64,000 nt of DNA from an uncultured cyanobacterium (GCA_963749915.1 CAVVOP010000005.1:288001-352000), one strand, 5' to 3'. Counted from the stretch's first letter, positions 22,353 to 34,119 are shown. The notes: generated from the letters alone by a model not told the origin. A program made the numbers and translations.

Positions 22353-23366
22353 CTAAAAATTGTCAATCACAATGACATTATTTTGTTTTTGAGACAAGGC
22401 AGTGTCAAGGGCACTTTCTGCCACTTCAATTAGAATACTGGGCGGTAAACCCTGACTAGGAATGCCTGTTGCAATGCCAAAACTACAACTAATATACTCA
22501 CTGAACTCAGAGTAATTATGGGGGATTTGTAAACTCTCTAAGTTCTTGTTAGCCATTTGTGCCACTGTTTCGGCACCATCTTGATCAGTATTGGGTAATA
22601 AAATTACAAATAAACCTTGAGAAAAAGTAGCAACTAAATCCCCTGGTCTTTTTACCGTTGACTGTAAAGTTTTACCAACAATATTCAGACAATTTTCAAT
22701 TAAATCCGCTTCATGATTATTTTGATAGTTGGTAAAGTCGTTAATTTGAGCCGCAATTAAAGAAATATTTGTCCCCACTAAATCTCCGAAAGATGATCTT
22801 TGACGAGCACCTCTTAACCATTCTTTTTCTAAAATATTTTCAAAGGTTTCACGTTGTGCTAATAAACTAGATTGATTTTTTTGGGCAATATTTGCTAATT
22901 CTAATTTAGATTTTTCAAGGGCTAATTTTAATTTTTGATAATGTGGAATTAACTTGTGTAATTGATTAGTTTTTTCTTCTAATGCTTCTTGCAAAGTTTT
23001 TAATTGTATTTGTACGGATATTCGGTGTAAAATTTCAGCGGAACTAAAGGGATAACTAATATAATCGGCTCCACCGGAGTTAAACATAGTTTCAGCATCA
23101 AAATAATTTTGATCTCTATTAATGAAAATAACCGGTATATTTTCGCCGATTTCTAATAATTTAATTTTTTTGCAAACTAAATAAATATCTTTATCTGTTA
23201 AAGTGGCACTCAGTAAAATAATATCAGGGCTTTCGCTATAGATTAAATCTAGTAATTGAGATTCATCATCTGTAATAATTACTCCATAATTGGCTTCATG
23301 AAGTAGCCGTAAAAAGAACTGACTTTGTTCTTCCGAATCATCTAAAATAATAATTTTTTTATTCAT
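22353..23366 (-). CDS. Degenerate REC-coiled coil-GGDEF protein
   Basis: REC fold; KRPGDLVATFSQGLFVILLP at the GGDEF position. Confidence 0.8.
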   Translation of the reverse strand: MNKKIIILDDSEEQSQFFLRLLHEANYGVIITDDESQLLDLIYSESPDIILLSATLTDKDIYLVCKKIKLLEIGENIPVIFINRDQNYFDAETMFNSGGADYISYPFSSAEILHRISVQIQLKTLQEALEEKTNQLHKLIPHYQKLKLALEKSKLELANIAQKNQSSLLAQRETFENILEKEWLRGARQRSSFGDLVGTNISLIAAQINDFTNYQNNHEADLIENCLNIVGKTLQSTVKRPGDLVATFSQGLFVILLPNTDQDGAETVAQMANKNLESLQIPHNYSEFSEYISCSFGIATGIPSQGLPPSILIEVAESALDTALSQKQNNVIVIDNF

Positions 23367-23605
23367 AGCAAATACTAGATATATTTTGGAGATAAATAAC
23401 AGGTAAACATATGTCTTAAACGAGATATAAAATAAACTAATGATAAAAAAATATGGCTCTTCGAGAGTAGTTATGACAAAATAAATTAAAATATTAGGGA
23501 ATGGGAAATGATTAGCTAACTAAGAGATTAAAAACCCTCTTTTATTAAAAAAAATTTATCATACTCAAACTGGAAGAACCAAAAATATTAACTGTCAACT
23601 GTTAA

Positions 23606-24094
23606 TTATTGATGTAAATGTGCTTCTAAGAACCATAGACGTTTATCAATGGTGCGAGAAATTTCAGTATATAAATCAGAAGTATCTGCGTCTCCTAAAT
23701 CTCCAGTTTTAGCGATCGCATCCCGTAAATGATTGCCATAGGTAGCAAATCGATCAGCTAAGGCAGTAAGATGATCTATACCAGCAACAGCATCAAGGGG
23801 ATATTCAGGGATAAGGGAATTTTGAGAGGCAATGCGGGCAGTACCCAAAGGCACGCTGGCTAAGGCTGTTATTCTTTCAGCCACTAAATCTACATAGTCT
23901 TCTAATTCTCCAGCTAATTCATCAAATAACTCATGAAGCTGTAAAAAATTACTTCCTTTGACATTCCAATGAGCTTGTTTTGTTTGCGTTTTTAAATCTA
24001 ACGTCGTGGCTAAAGTCTGATTTAAAAGATTCGCAACCGACTCACGAATTTCGACACTTAAATCAAGGCGTGTATTATACAATTTCGTACCCAT
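23606..24094 (-). CDS. dps: Dps protein
   Basis: KQAHWNVKG, LHELFDE, DLVAERI. Confidence 0.96.
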   Translation of the reverse strand: MGTKLYNTRLDLSVEIRESVANLLNQTLATTLDLKTQTKQAHWNVKGSNFLQLHELFDELAGELEDYVDLVAERITALASVPLGTARIASQNSLIPEYPLDAVAGIDHLTALADRFATYGNHLRDAIAKTGDLGDADTSDLYTEISRTIDKRLWFLEAHLHQ

Positions 24095-24415
24095 GAATAT
24101 TATTCTCCGTTAATAATTTTCTGAAAGTGATCATGTTGATCCTTTTCTATTTTACAAAGATTAATAACATTTAACGTTATAAACTTCGGCTTTTGGAAGA
24201 TTTGTAGTCTATCTAGTTATTGAACTCTTTTCCTATAAATTGCGATCGCCCGTCACAAATTTGGTAAATATTAACAATACCTCCGTCAAAAAAAGAGCAT
24301 AAAAAGTACCATTTCTCAAGATCCTCCGCACTGTCCCAATATTGAAACAATCGCTTTTTAATGAGAAATTAAAGTTTCAGGGTTATTCCAGGCAATATTT
24401 ATAGTTTTAAGCATA

Positions 24416-25171
24416 CTACCAAGGGACATTAGTGCCATCCCAACTGAAAAATTTACCATTATCATTCATAGTAACATTCTTAATTACCGATAATAATTGT
24501 TGAGTACAACGGTCAACAGAAAAAAGTTTTTCAGGAAGGACATTTTTTTGAAAAGGTGCGGATAATTGAGTATTTGTTGTACCCGGATGTAATGCTATGA
24601 CAATAGTCTTTTTACTAACTCGGCTATATTCGATAGCAATATTTTTGATGAGCATATTCAAAGCTGCTTTCGAGGCTCGATAACCATACCAACCTCCAAG
24701 TTGATTATCCTCAATACTACCCACTTTAGCAGAAATAGTGGCGAAAACACTCGATTCTTTGTGTTTAAAGAGGGGTTGCAAATGTTTACCCCATAAGGCT
24801 GTAGGGATAGTATTAACTTGAAAATAACGTAATAAATTATCGGCGTTGAGATGCTTTAAACTTTTTTCTGGCTGCAAATTATTTTCATGTAAAATCCCCA
24901 CACAGTTAATCACAAGGTGTAATTTATCCACCTGAGATTTAATGATAGTAACCCCTTGTTGAATCTCGTCTTCTAGGGTGACATCAACTTTGATGGTAAT
25001 TAATTCATGGGGATATAAAGCCTTTAAAGAGAATAAATTTTGGGCGGATTCTTCTGTGCGATAGGTAGCGAAAATACGGCCGATATTACCTTGGGAGAGC
25101 AATTCTTGCACAAAACCGTTACCAATGCCTTGACTTGCACCGATAATCAAAATATTTTTTTGAGAAAACAT
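24416..25171 (-). CDS. CsgA-like short-chain dehydrogenase
   Basis: GASQGIG, YRASK, ALHPGT. Confidence 0.9.
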   Translation of the reverse strand: MFSQKNILIIGASQGIGNGFVQELLSQGNIGRIFATYRTEESAQNLFSLKALYPHELITIKVDVTLEDEIQQGVTIIKSQVDKLHLVINCVGILHENNLQPEKSLKHLNADNLLRYFQVNTIPTALWGKHLQPLFKHKESSVFATISAKVGSIEDNQLGGWYGYRASKAALNMLIKNIAIEYSRVSKKTIVIALHPGTTNTQLSAPFQKNVLPEKLFSVDRCTQQLLSVIKNVTMNDNGKFFSWDGTNVPW

Positions 25172-25273
25172 AGAATTTGAGTTCAGAGTTCGGAGATACA
25201 AGGTGGATGGGTGGTTGAATGCAGAATTAAGAATGCAGAATTAAGAATTCAGTGAGAGTATAATTGTTGATTG

Positions 25274-26572
25274 TTAATTGTTCAGCCTTCTATATTTAAT
25301 GGAATTGCCGTGAGATGGTAAACCTTCGGCGACGGTTAAGTCAATAATCGCTTGGGATACTTTTTGCAAAGCTACAGGAGTGTATTCAATTATACTTGAA
25401 TATTTCATAAAGGTTTCAACCCCTAAGGCCGAGGCATAACGGGCAGCACCTGATGTAGGTAAGGTATGATTAGGTCCGGCTAAATAGTCCCCCACGGCCT
25501 CGGGGGTAGAGTTTCCTAAAAATATAGCTCCCGCATGACGGATATGTTCTACTAATTCCCAAGGGGATTCCACTTCTAATTCTAAGTGTTCAGGTGCAAA
25601 TAAATTAGACAACTCGGCGGCTTGGGTTAAATTTCTGGTAAGAATAATTACACCATAATGGGCGATCGCCTTTTCTGTTAGAGTACGGCGGGGATGATCT
25701 TCTAGTTGTCTAACCACTTCTAACTGAACTTTTTCCGCTAAGTCACGGTTATCGGTCACTAAAATCGCCGCCGCCATGGGATCATGTTCCGCCTGTGCCA
25801 ATAAATCAACGGCTACATGAATGGAATTTGCGTGTTTATCGGCGATAATTAATACTTCACTAGGTCCCGCTAAGGAATCTATGCCTACGGTGCCATATAC
25901 TTCTTTTTTCGCTAAGGTGACATAAATATTTCCCGGACCCGTAATCACATCAACTTTCGGGATGGTATTTGTACCATAGGCTAAGGCTGCTATGGCTTGA
26001 GCACCACCAACACGGTAAATTTCTGTGACTCCGGCCTCACTTGCCGCTACCAACACCGCCGGATTAATTTTTCCGTCTTGACTGGGGGGTGTAACCATAA
26101 CAATTCTGGGTACTTGAGCGACCTTTGCTGGGATGGCGTTCATGAGTACTGTACTAGGATAAGATGCCCTCCCGCCGGGGACATATAAACCAGCCCGATC
26201 AACAGGGGTATAACGTCTTCCTAAAATTACATTATCTTCGGCAAACTGCACCCATGATTTTGGTACTCTTTGTCGGTGGAAAGCCTCAATGTTTTTCGCT
26301 GCTAGTTTGATAGCTTTTAATAAATCCCTGGAAATTTGTTGATAAGCCGCATCAATTTCTGACCCACTCACCTTCAGATTTTCTAGGGCAATCTTTTGTC
26401 CATCAAATTTATGAGTATATTCTAACAAAGCCTGATCCCCATGTTTTCTAACCGTGTCGATGATTTCTTTAACCATGGCAGATTGTGTCTCTATCTGTTC
26501 ATTGTGGGTGCGATCGCTAATGCGTTGCAATTCTTGTTTTGCTTCGAGTTGATCTGTTATTATTCGCAGCAT
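25274..26572 (-). CDS. hisD: Histidinol dehydrogenase
   Basis: YVPGG, AGPSE, QAEHD, APEHL, GPNHTLPT. Confidence 0.98.
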   Translation of the reverse strand: MLRIITDQLEAKQELQRISDRTHNEQIETQSAMVKEIIDTVRKHGDQALLEYTHKFDGQKIALENLKVSGSEIDAAYQQISRDLLKAIKLAAKNIEAFHRQRVPKSWVQFAEDNVILGRRYTPVDRAGLYVPGGRASYPSTVLMNAIPAKVAQVPRIVMVTPPSQDGKINPAVLVAASEAGVTEIYRVGGAQAIAALAYGTNTIPKVDVITGPGNIYVTLAKKEVYGTVGIDSLAGPSEVLIIADKHANSIHVAVDLLAQAEHDPMAAAILVTDNRDLAEKVQLEVVRQLEDHPRRTLTEKAIAHYGVIILTRNLTQAAELSNLFAPEHLELEVESPWELVEHIRHAGAIFLGNSTPEAVGDYLAGPNHTLPTSGAARYASALGVETFMKYSSIIEYTPVALQKVSQAIIDLTVAEGLPSHGNSIKYRRLNN

Positions 26573-26708
26573 TTAGATTCTATCAAACTAAATAAACCTT
26601 AACTATTCTGTTTATCATAGCAGTTTTATTAAAAGTATTGGGAAATACCTGTTTGCTTATGTTTCCCCCTTGTTGCAATGAAACCGTTTTTTTACCCCTT
26701 CACCCATT

Positions 26709-27596
26709 TTACCCACTGTGGTGGGCATTTAAACAACACCATTCCCCCCTTTTCCCTAAAGAGGTTATGGTCCAACCGTTTTTTTCTAAAATAGTGCTTA
26801 TGTCCATGGATTGATCTAATAAAATACCGCTTAAAATCACCCAACCGCCAGGTTTAATAATTTCTGTCATGGGGGGGATCATGGTTTTAATCACTTCTGC
26901 CAAAATATTGCAGACAATACCATCAAATTTTAAGTCCGGCATTAGCTTTAATTGGTCAATACTGCCTTGAAAGATTTGTATATCATTAACGTGGTTTAAT
27001 TCGCTGTTTTCTTTAGTGGCTTTGGTGGCTAAAGGATCAATATCTGTGGCAAAGACTTGTTTTGCACCTAAGAATTTCGCACCTATGGATAAAATACCAG
27101 ATCCACAGCCAATATCAGCGATGGTTGATTCCTTGTTAGGCTGATCTAATTTGATCTCTAAAGACTCCAAACAAAGTTGAGTTGTGGCGTGAACACCCGT
27201 ACCAAAAGCAGATCCTGGATCAAGACGAAGAATGATTCGCTCAGATTCTGTGGGAGGTTCAATCCATGCAGGATAGATACAAAAGCGATCGCCTATTTCC
27301 ATCGGTTGCCAGTGATCTTTCCAACTACTAGACCAATCCTCATCGTCGAGCAGTTGCCATATAATATCAGGAATATCATAACCTTCTAAGGTAAAATCCT
27401 GTTTTAACCACAGAGAAAGAGCGGCTAAATCTACCGTTGTTTTAGTAATAGCGGGAATATAGGCTTTGATAAACCATGATGCTTTTTCTTTGGCTAATGC
27501 TGTACCTTGACAGCCAAATTCTTGTAAACGCCAAAATATAGTGTCTTCTAATTCTGGAATATGATTGATTTTTATTTCCCACCAACGAGTAGTCAT
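26709..27596 (-). CDS. prmA: Ribosomal protein L11 methyltransferase
   Basis: DPGSAFGTGVHATT, DIGCGSGIL, NILA. Confidence 0.95.
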   Translation of the reverse strand: MTTRWWEIKINHIPELEDTIFWRLQEFGCQGTALAKEKASWFIKAYIPAITKTTVDLAALSLWLKQDFTLEGYDIPDIIWQLLDDEDWSSSWKDHWQPMEIGDRFCIYPAWIEPPTESERIILRLDPGSAFGTGVHATTQLCLESLEIKLDQPNKESTIADIGCGSGILSIGAKFLGAKQVFATDIDPLATKATKENSELNHVNDIQIFQGSIDQLKLMPDLKFDGIVCNILAEVIKTMIPPMTEIIKPGGWVILSGILLDQSMDISTILEKNGWTITSLGKRGEWCCLNAHHSG

Positions 27597-27660
27597 ATTA
27601 TCAGGATTTAGAGTATAGGGACTTTTGAGTTCGGAGTGAGGAGTGAGGACTATACTCATG

Positions 27661-29241
27661 TTAAAGGCTTACGGTATAAGCATCAGTAACTCCGGGTACC
27701 TTAATAATTTCTTCTATAATACCTTCTGGTAAGGGATCATCAATGGTTAATACCATCACAGCATCACCCCGGACGATTTTACGCCCTACTTGCATACTAG
27801 CAATATTTACATTAAAGCTACCTAACAAAGAGCCTATTTTACCGATAATGCCGGGCATATCTCTATGTAGGGTAAATAACATATAATTGTTAGGAAGCAC
27901 GTTAACGGGAAAGTCATTGATGTTTGTAATGCGAATTTCACCATCGTTAAGAAGCGCACCTCTAATAGAATGAGTGCCTTTTGTTCCTGTAGCTTCTAAA
28001 TATATGGAGTTGCTATAGTCTTTGATGCTGCAATCTCTGGAATCTATTACATGAATACCTCTTTCCTTGGCTTCGATGGCGGCATTTACATAGTTAACTC
28101 TTTCTCGTAACGCTTTCGATAGTAAACCTTTGATGGCGGCCACTACTAAGGGTTGACTGTTACTATCCGCTAAATCTCCTTGTAATTTGACATTAAAACT
28201 TTCAATACGATCCCCCGCTAATTGTCCCACTAAAGTCCCTAAAGTTTCGGCTAAGCGCATATAGGGGCGGAGTTTTTCCATCACATCAGGACTTAATCCG
28301 GGAATATTTACCGCACTACGGGCTGGCAATCCTAAGAGAACATCTCTAATTTGTTCCGCAACGTCGATCGCCACATTAACTTGGGCTTCGGCGGTGGAGG
28401 CACCTAAATGGGGGGTTAAAATAATATTACTACCCAACTCTCTTAATGGGGATTCTCCCAAAGGTTCGGAAGAAAATACATCTAAAGCCGCCCCGGCAAT
28501 TTGTCCACTGGCTAAGGCTTCATAAAGTGCATCTTCATCGATAATACCGCCACGAGAACAGTTAATGATTCTGGTGGTGGGTTTCATTTTGGCTAAAGAT
28601 TCAGCATTGATGAGGTTGGCGGTTTCTTTGGTTTTTGGTACATGAAGGGTAATATAGTCAGATTCAGAAAAAATCATCTCTAAATCCACTAATGTACAAC
28701 CTAATTGATTGGCCCTTTCTTGGGAGATAAAAGGATCATAGGCCAGAATTTTCATACCCATTGCTTTAGCAGCGGTGGCAACGTGAGAACCAATTTTTCC
28801 TAAACCCACAACCCCTAATGTTTTCTTATAAACTTCTGTACCCATAAATTTTTTGCGCTCCCATTTTTTCGCCTTCACAGATTCATTGGCATCGGGAATG
28901 TGACGAGAAAGGGATAACATCATAGCTAAAGCGTGTTCGGCGGCGGCGATCGTGTTTCCTTCGGGAGAGTTAACGACGACAATGCCTTTACGGGTAGCAC
29001 TAGGTACATCTACATTATCAACTCCAACTCCTGCACGACCAATAATTTTTAACTGAGTTGCCGCGGAGATCACTTCTTCGGTAACTTGAGTCCCAGAACG
29101 AATCATTAACGCATCGTAATCACTGATAATACCTGCTAATTCAGAAGGAGATAATCCTGTTTTTACATCTACTTGGGCGACTTGAGAAAGAATTTTTATC
29201 CCTGCCTCATCCACGGAGTCAGATACGAGAACTTTTGCCAT
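27661..29241 (-). CDS. serA: D-3-phosphoglycerate dehydrogenase
   Basis: [20 protein letters not shown] domain. Confidence 0.98.
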   Translation of the reverse strand: MAKVLVSDSVDEAGIKILSQVAQVDVKTGLSPSELAGIISDYDALMIRSGTQVTEEVISAATQLKIIGRAGVGVDNVDVPSATRKGIVVVNSPEGNTIAAAEHALAMMLSLSRHIPDANESVKAKKWERKKFMGTEVYKKTLGVVGLGKIGSHVATAAKAMGMKILAYDPFISQERANQLGCTLVDLEMIFSESDYITLHVPKTKETANLINAESLAKMKPTTRIINCSRGGIIDEDALYEALASGQIAGAALDVFSSEPLGESPLRELGSNIILTPHLGASTAEAQVNVAIDVAEQIRDVLLGLPARSAVNIPGLSPDVMEKLRPYMRLAETLGTLVGQLAGDRIESFNVKLQGDLADSNSQPLVVAAIKGLLSKALRERVNYVNAAIEAKERGIHVIDSRDCSIKDYSNSIYLEATGTKGTHSIRGALLNDGEIRITNINDFPVNVLPNNYMLFTLHRDMPGIIGKIGSLLGSFNVNIASMQVGRKIVRGDAVMVLTIDDPLPEGIIEEIIKVPGVTDAYTVSL

Positions 29242-29545
29242 TTTAAAATTAACTATATGTTTTACTTTATCTTTACTTTTGCGATAATATTTGTTTAAGG
29301 GTAATACATCGCAATAGTTATCTTACCATTATTCTTGCCGTGTTTGTAAAATTGATTTTAACTGACGTGACCCAAAGGAGATTTGATATTGGAAAGGACC
29401 TTGATTCCCTTGTCCCATTAACCATGTTTTGAGAGTAGACAGGGGAATATTCAGATACCCTGAAGCATCTGTGATAGTAACTCCCATTTATGATGATGAG
29501 TTTCCCTTTTTGAGATAATTTTGAATTGTTTGGATTAACTTAAAA

Positions 29546-30184
29546 TTATCCTAAAACCACATTAGAAAAATGATATTCGGTGATCATCGGTTTTCCATTT
29601 TCTTCGGTGGTAATGCGACGGTTGGTAAGGATATAATAACCGCCGATTCTCTCGAAGGTATCATGAAAAACCGTTCTATTGCCTTTGGGTTGTTTGGTTT
29701 CAATGTCTAAGTAAGTGGCGTCATAACCTTGAGACAGATAACCTTCATCGGTATTGAGAATATCAAAGGTATTAATGGCAACCATCGAGTTACCGATTTT
29801 ACGATAGACAAAAGATACAGCATTATCTCGTACTTTATATTTATTACCTTGTCCGGCCCCACCGACAAGAATTTCCATCGCCCCATCTTCATCTTCCGTA
29901 CCAAAGGTAAAAGTATTATCCCCATGATTTTTCTCGAAGCTATGATCAACTCGGTGAATGGTTATCTCCCATAATTGGTTATTAATGGCTTTTTTGGCAG
30001 GACCGTCTTCCATACCTAACACTTGAAATTCCAAATTAGCTTTAATTTCTCCTTTGCCACTATAAGTGCCTTCATGGTTTGTTAAGGTTATGTCACAGGT
30101 GTAGCCGGGAAAATTTTGATCCCAAGTATAGCGATTTTCGTAAGCGGATCGGAAAAGTTCTTCTGCGGTAAGTGTTAGTGTCAT
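29546..30184 (-). CDS. DUF3386-like protein
   Basis: LFRSAYENRYTWDQNFPGY. Confidence 0.85.
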   Translation of the reverse strand: MTLTLTAEELFRSAYENRYTWDQNFPGYTCDITLTNHEGTYSGKGEIKANLEFQVLGMEDGPAKKAINNQLWEITIHRVDHSFEKNHGDNTFTFGTEDEDGAMEILVGGAGQGNKYKVRDNAVSFVYRKIGNSMVAINTFDILNTDEGYLSQGYDATYLDIETKQPKGNRTVFHDTFERIGGYYILTNRRITTEENGKPMITEYHFSNVVLG

Positions 30185-30280
30185 TTTTTGTCCTCTTATA
30201 TTTATTATTTATCAATCATTCTATACCATAATTTATGTTATAAGAAATGTATTAATAATATTCTGATTCAAGAAAGAATA

Positions 30281-31675
30281 ATGACTTCTTTATCTTCTCA
30301 ACAAGAGATTTTTCATTTATGTAACCGACTTACTTTTGGGATGAGTATGGAAGATATTGACAAAATTAATAAGATTGGTGTTAATTCTCACATCAAGGAA
30401 CAATTGAATCCTCAAAGTATTGATATAACAAATTTTTTAACTTCTGATATTAATAAATACAAAAGTTTAAAGATGAATGTTTCACAAATATTTAACAATT
30501 ATCAGGATGCATATCTTCCCAAAAATGGAAAAAAACAAAAAAACCAACTAAACAAAGAAAGAGGAAAATTTTTAAAAGATACACTAGAGTTTAAAATTTA
30601 TAAATCAATCAATAATCCCCGTCAGTTAGAAGAAATAATGACAGATTTTTGGTTTAATCATTTTAATGTTTTCATAAATAAAATGGGTGGTATTCAAATA
30701 TTTTTGATCACTAATTATGAACAAAAAGCGATACAACCTCACGCATTGGGAAAATTTAGAGATTTATTAGAAGCAACGGCTCAACATCCATCGATGTTAT
30801 ATTATCTGGATAACTGGAAAAATGTAGCGGCCAAAAAGCAAGGCAAAAAATCATCCAGAGGTTTAAATGAGAATTATGCTAGGGAATTAATGGAACTTCA
30901 TACCTTAGGAGTGAATGGTGGTTATACTCAAGATGATGTCATTAATCTGGCACGTATTTTGACAGGATGGGGCATAATGAATCCTAAGACTCCTCAAAGT
31001 GAAAATGGATTTTATTTCAATGAAAAATTACATGATTATGGAGATAAAAATTTTTTAGGTCATAAAATTAAAGGTTCAGGCATAGAGGAAGTGAATCAAG
31101 CATTGGATATTTTAGCTTATCATCCCTCTACGGCAAATCATATTAGTTATAAACTAGTGCAGTTTTTTCTTGCAGATGACCCTCCCGATAATCTTATTAA
31201 AAAATTGGCGAAGACTTTTCTCGACACTAAAGGAAATATTAAGACAGTATTAGCCAAATTATTTGACAGTGAAGAATTTTGGGATGCTAAATACTATGGC
31301 AATAAATTTAAGACACCCTATCAATATGTAATCTCAATTTTAAGAATGGCAAATATTCAAAAACCTCCCTTTAATCCCCCTATCATGACAGCATTGAGGG
31401 ATTTGCAAATGCGTCCCTACTATTGTCTCACCCCTGATGGTTATAAGAATACCCAGGACGCTTGGTTAAGTGCAGATGGGATGATGAAAAGAGTGAATTT
31501 TGCCCTTAGGGTAGGGGAAGGAAAATTAAATAATAAATCTGAAATTAATTCTAGTGAATTAGTTAAAACTTTGTCTAATTTTTTATCTGAAAAAACAATA
31601 AAAGCAATAAAAGATAGCGATAAAAAATGGCAATCTGCGTTAATTTTAGGTAGTCCAGAAATGATGTATAAATAA
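30281..31675 (+). CDS. DUF1800 family protein
   Basis: FWFNHFNV, MLYYLDN, NENYARELMELHTLG, ARILTGW. Confidence 0.92.
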   Translation: MTSLSSQQEIFHLCNRLTFGMSMEDIDKINKIGVNSHIKEQLNPQSIDITNFLTSDINKYKSLKMNVSQIFNNYQDAYLPKNGKKQKNQLNKERGKFLKDTLEFKIYKSINNPRQLEEIMTDFWFNHFNVFINKMGGIQIFLITNYEQKAIQPHALGKFRDLLEATAQHPSMLYYLDNWKNVAAKKQGKKSSRGLNENYARELMELHTLGVNGGYTQDDVINLARILTGWGIMNPKTPQSENGFYFNEKLHDYGDKNFLGHKIKGSGIEEVNQALDILAYHPSTANHISYKLVQFFLADDPPDNLIKKLAKTFLDTKGNIKTVLAKLFDSEEFWDAKYYGNKFKTPYQYVISILRMANIQKPPFNPPIMTALRDLQMRPYYCLTPDGYKNTQDAWLSADGMMKRVNFALRVGEGKLNNKSEINSSELVKTLSNFLSEKTIKAIKDSDKKWQSALILGSPEMMYK

Positions 31676-31751
31676 TTATATTCCAGTATTATCACTAAAT
31701 ATATCTCTTAAAATCCATATTTTTTTTTAAGTTAATAACAAAGATATAAAA

Positions 31752-32969
31752 ATGAAAAGAAGAACAATTTTAAAATACATAGCTTTGTTGACCGGCGGAT
31801 TAATTATCCCCATTGGGAGTAATAGTTGGGTCAGTAAAACTGTAGGAAAAACCCGATCACAAAAAAAATTAATTGTGGTTTTTTTACGGGGTGGAATTGA
31901 TGGTTTAAATGTAGTTGTTCCCTATCAAGAAAAAGAATACTATGATAATCGCCCAACCATCGCACTTCCACAACCTGATGAAGTTAACGGAGTATTAGAT
32001 TTAGATGGTTATTTTGGATTAAATCCAGCGTTAAAAGATTTAATGCCATTATGGAAGAAAAAAGAACTTACTTTTATTCATGGTTGTGGATTACAAAACA
32101 ATACTCGTTCTCATTTTCAAGCACAATATTACATGGAGAATGGGACTCCCTTAAATGATAAAAATAATCAAGGTTGGATGAATCGCCTATTGGCAGTCTT
32201 ATCGGTGGAAAATCCCACTCAAGCAGTTAATCTTGGTTCTGTAACACCTCAAATTTTGCTCGGTTCAATGCCAGTGGCTAATTTGCCCAGGGGAAAAGAT
32301 AACATAAAAAAACTATCGATGGGTAATTTAGTTGTCAACGAACTTTTTGATCAACTTTATAGTGGCAATGACCCTTTAAGTTTAGCTTATCAAGAAGGGA
32401 AACAGACTAGAAAAATATTCATGAAAGAGTTAGAAAATGAAATGGTAGAGTCATCAAAAAACGCCCCTTCTAGTTATAATTTTGTCAAAGAAGCCAAACA
32501 AATGGCTAAATTAATGGCTGGTGAAGCGCATACCCAATTAGGTTTTATTGATTTAGGACAATGGGATACTCATGTTAATCAATCCGCAAGATTTAATCAA
32601 CTATTAATTCCTTTAGGAGAAGGATTAGCCACTTTAGTTAGAGAATTGGGTGATGTTTATGCTGACACGACTATTATCGTAATGTCCGAATTTGGACGTA
32701 GGGTAGAAGAAAATGGGAATAGAGGGACGGATCATGGTCGTGGTAATGTTATGTGGATTTTAGGAAAAAATATTAAGGGAGGACAATTTTATGGAGAATG
32801 GCCTACTTTGAAAAAAGAGGGGTTATTTGAAGGTAGGGATGTCAATGTTTCTACAGATTTTCGTGAACCCATTAGTCATATTTTGTCAAAAAATTTTAAT
32901 TTTTCACCACAATTAGTTAGTCAAATTTTTCCTGATTTTAATGCTAAAAATAATTTAAACTTTTTATAA
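31752..32969 (+). CDS. DUF1501 family protein
   Basis: MKRRTIL Tat-like signal, FLRGGIDGL, RSHF, WDTH, SEFGR, GTDHG. Confidence 0.92.
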   Translation: MKRRTILKYIALLTGGLIIPIGSNSWVSKTVGKTRSQKKLIVVFLRGGIDGLNVVVPYQEKEYYDNRPTIALPQPDEVNGVLDLDGYFGLNPALKDLMPLWKKKELTFIHGCGLQNNTRSHFQAQYYMENGTPLNDKNNQGWMNRLLAVLSVENPTQAVNLGSVTPQILLGSMPVANLPRGKDNIKKLSMGNLVVNELFDQLYSGNDPLSLAYQEGKQTRKIFMKELENEMVESSKNAPSSYNFVKEAKQMAKLMAGEAHTQLGFIDLGQWDTHVNQSARFNQLLIPLGEGLATLVRELGDVYADTTIIVMSEFGRRVEENGNRGTDHGRGNVMWILGKNIKGGQFYGEWPTLKKEGLFEGRDVNVSTDFREPISHILSKNFNFSPQLVSQIFPDFNAKNNLNFL

Positions 32970-33123
32970 GTTTATTAAATAATGTATGAAAAATATTTCA
33001 ACTGACTATCGCTTTTGGAGGTTAATTTTTTTATGATTGTAAGATAGTTAAATCAATGGTAAGATTGTATAAATTTAAAGACTGAAACTGGTGTCCTTCA
33101 ATACAATCATTCCCCAATTAACT

Positions 33124-34119
33124 ATGGCGATCACTAATCAAGCGGAAAAAATAAACATCAAGTATCTGGAAAATCTTTCTCTTACTGTCGATGATGGTAC
33201 AGATATTATTCAAGGACTGACCAGCATACCGAAGAGTTTACCACCAAAATATTTTTATGATCGCCTTGGTTCAGAATTATTTGAAAGAATTTGTGATACA
33301 CCTGAATATTACCCTACCCGCACCGAAACCACTATTTTAACCACAGCCAGTAAAGAAATCGCCGACATAACAGGAATTTGTGAATTGGTGGAATTGGGTA
33401 GCGGTAGCTCAACGAAAACCCGTCTGTTATTATCAGCTTACGATAGTTTGGGCAAACCCTGGCAATATGTACCGATTGATGTTAGTAGTGAAATTCTCAA
33501 AAATAGTGCCTTACAGTTACACAGAGAATATGACAATCTCTTCATTTTAGGCCTAGTGGGAACTTATGAACAGGCTTTATTACAACTTCCCCCGTCTTCT
33601 TTACCTCGACGAATGATCATTTTTTTAGGCAGTACATTAGGTAATTTTACTCATGAACAAAGCGATGGACTATTCAAGGAAGTAAGGGATATATTGCAAG
33701 TGGGAGATTATTTTTTATTGGGCATAGATTTACAAAAACCCATAGACATTTTAGAGGCGGCTTATAATGATCGTCAAGGCATAACGGCAGCATTTAATCT
33801 TAATATCTTATCTCATCTTAACTGGCGTTTTGGGGGAAATTTTGACATCAATTTATTTAAGCATCAAGCAATTTATAACCAAGAAAAACAACAAATTGAG
33901 ATGTATTTATATGCTAATCAAGTTCATCGGGTCAGATTAAATAAATTAGATTTAGATATAACATTCAAAAAAAATGAGCATGTTCTAACGGAAATTTCTC
34001 GTAAGTTTAGCTTAGATCAAATGCAAGATTTTTTAGCTATTCATCAATTAAATACTGTTAAATGTTGGACTGATAAAAATAACTATTTCGGTTTAATTTT
34101 AACTCAACTTTGTACCTAA
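33124..34119 (+). CDS. egtD: L-histidine N-alpha-methyltransferase
   Basis: PKYFYD, EYYPTRTE, ELGSGSSTKT, TEISRKF. Confidence 0.95.
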   Translation: MAITNQAEKINIKYLENLSLTVDDGTDIIQGLTSIPKSLPPKYFYDRLGSELFERICDTPEYYPTRTETTILTTASKEIADITGICELVELGSGSSTKTRLLLSAYDSLGKPWQYVPIDVSSEILKNSALQLHREYDNLFILGLVGTYEQALLQLPPSSLPRRMIIFLGSTLGNFTHEQSDGLFKEVRDILQVGDYFLLGIDLQKPIDILEAAYNDRQGITAAFNLNILSHLNWRFGGNFDINLFKHQAIYNQEKQQIEMYLYANQVHRVRLNKLDLDITFKKNEHVLTEISRKFSLDQMQDFLAIHQLNTVKCWTDKNNYFGLILTQLCT

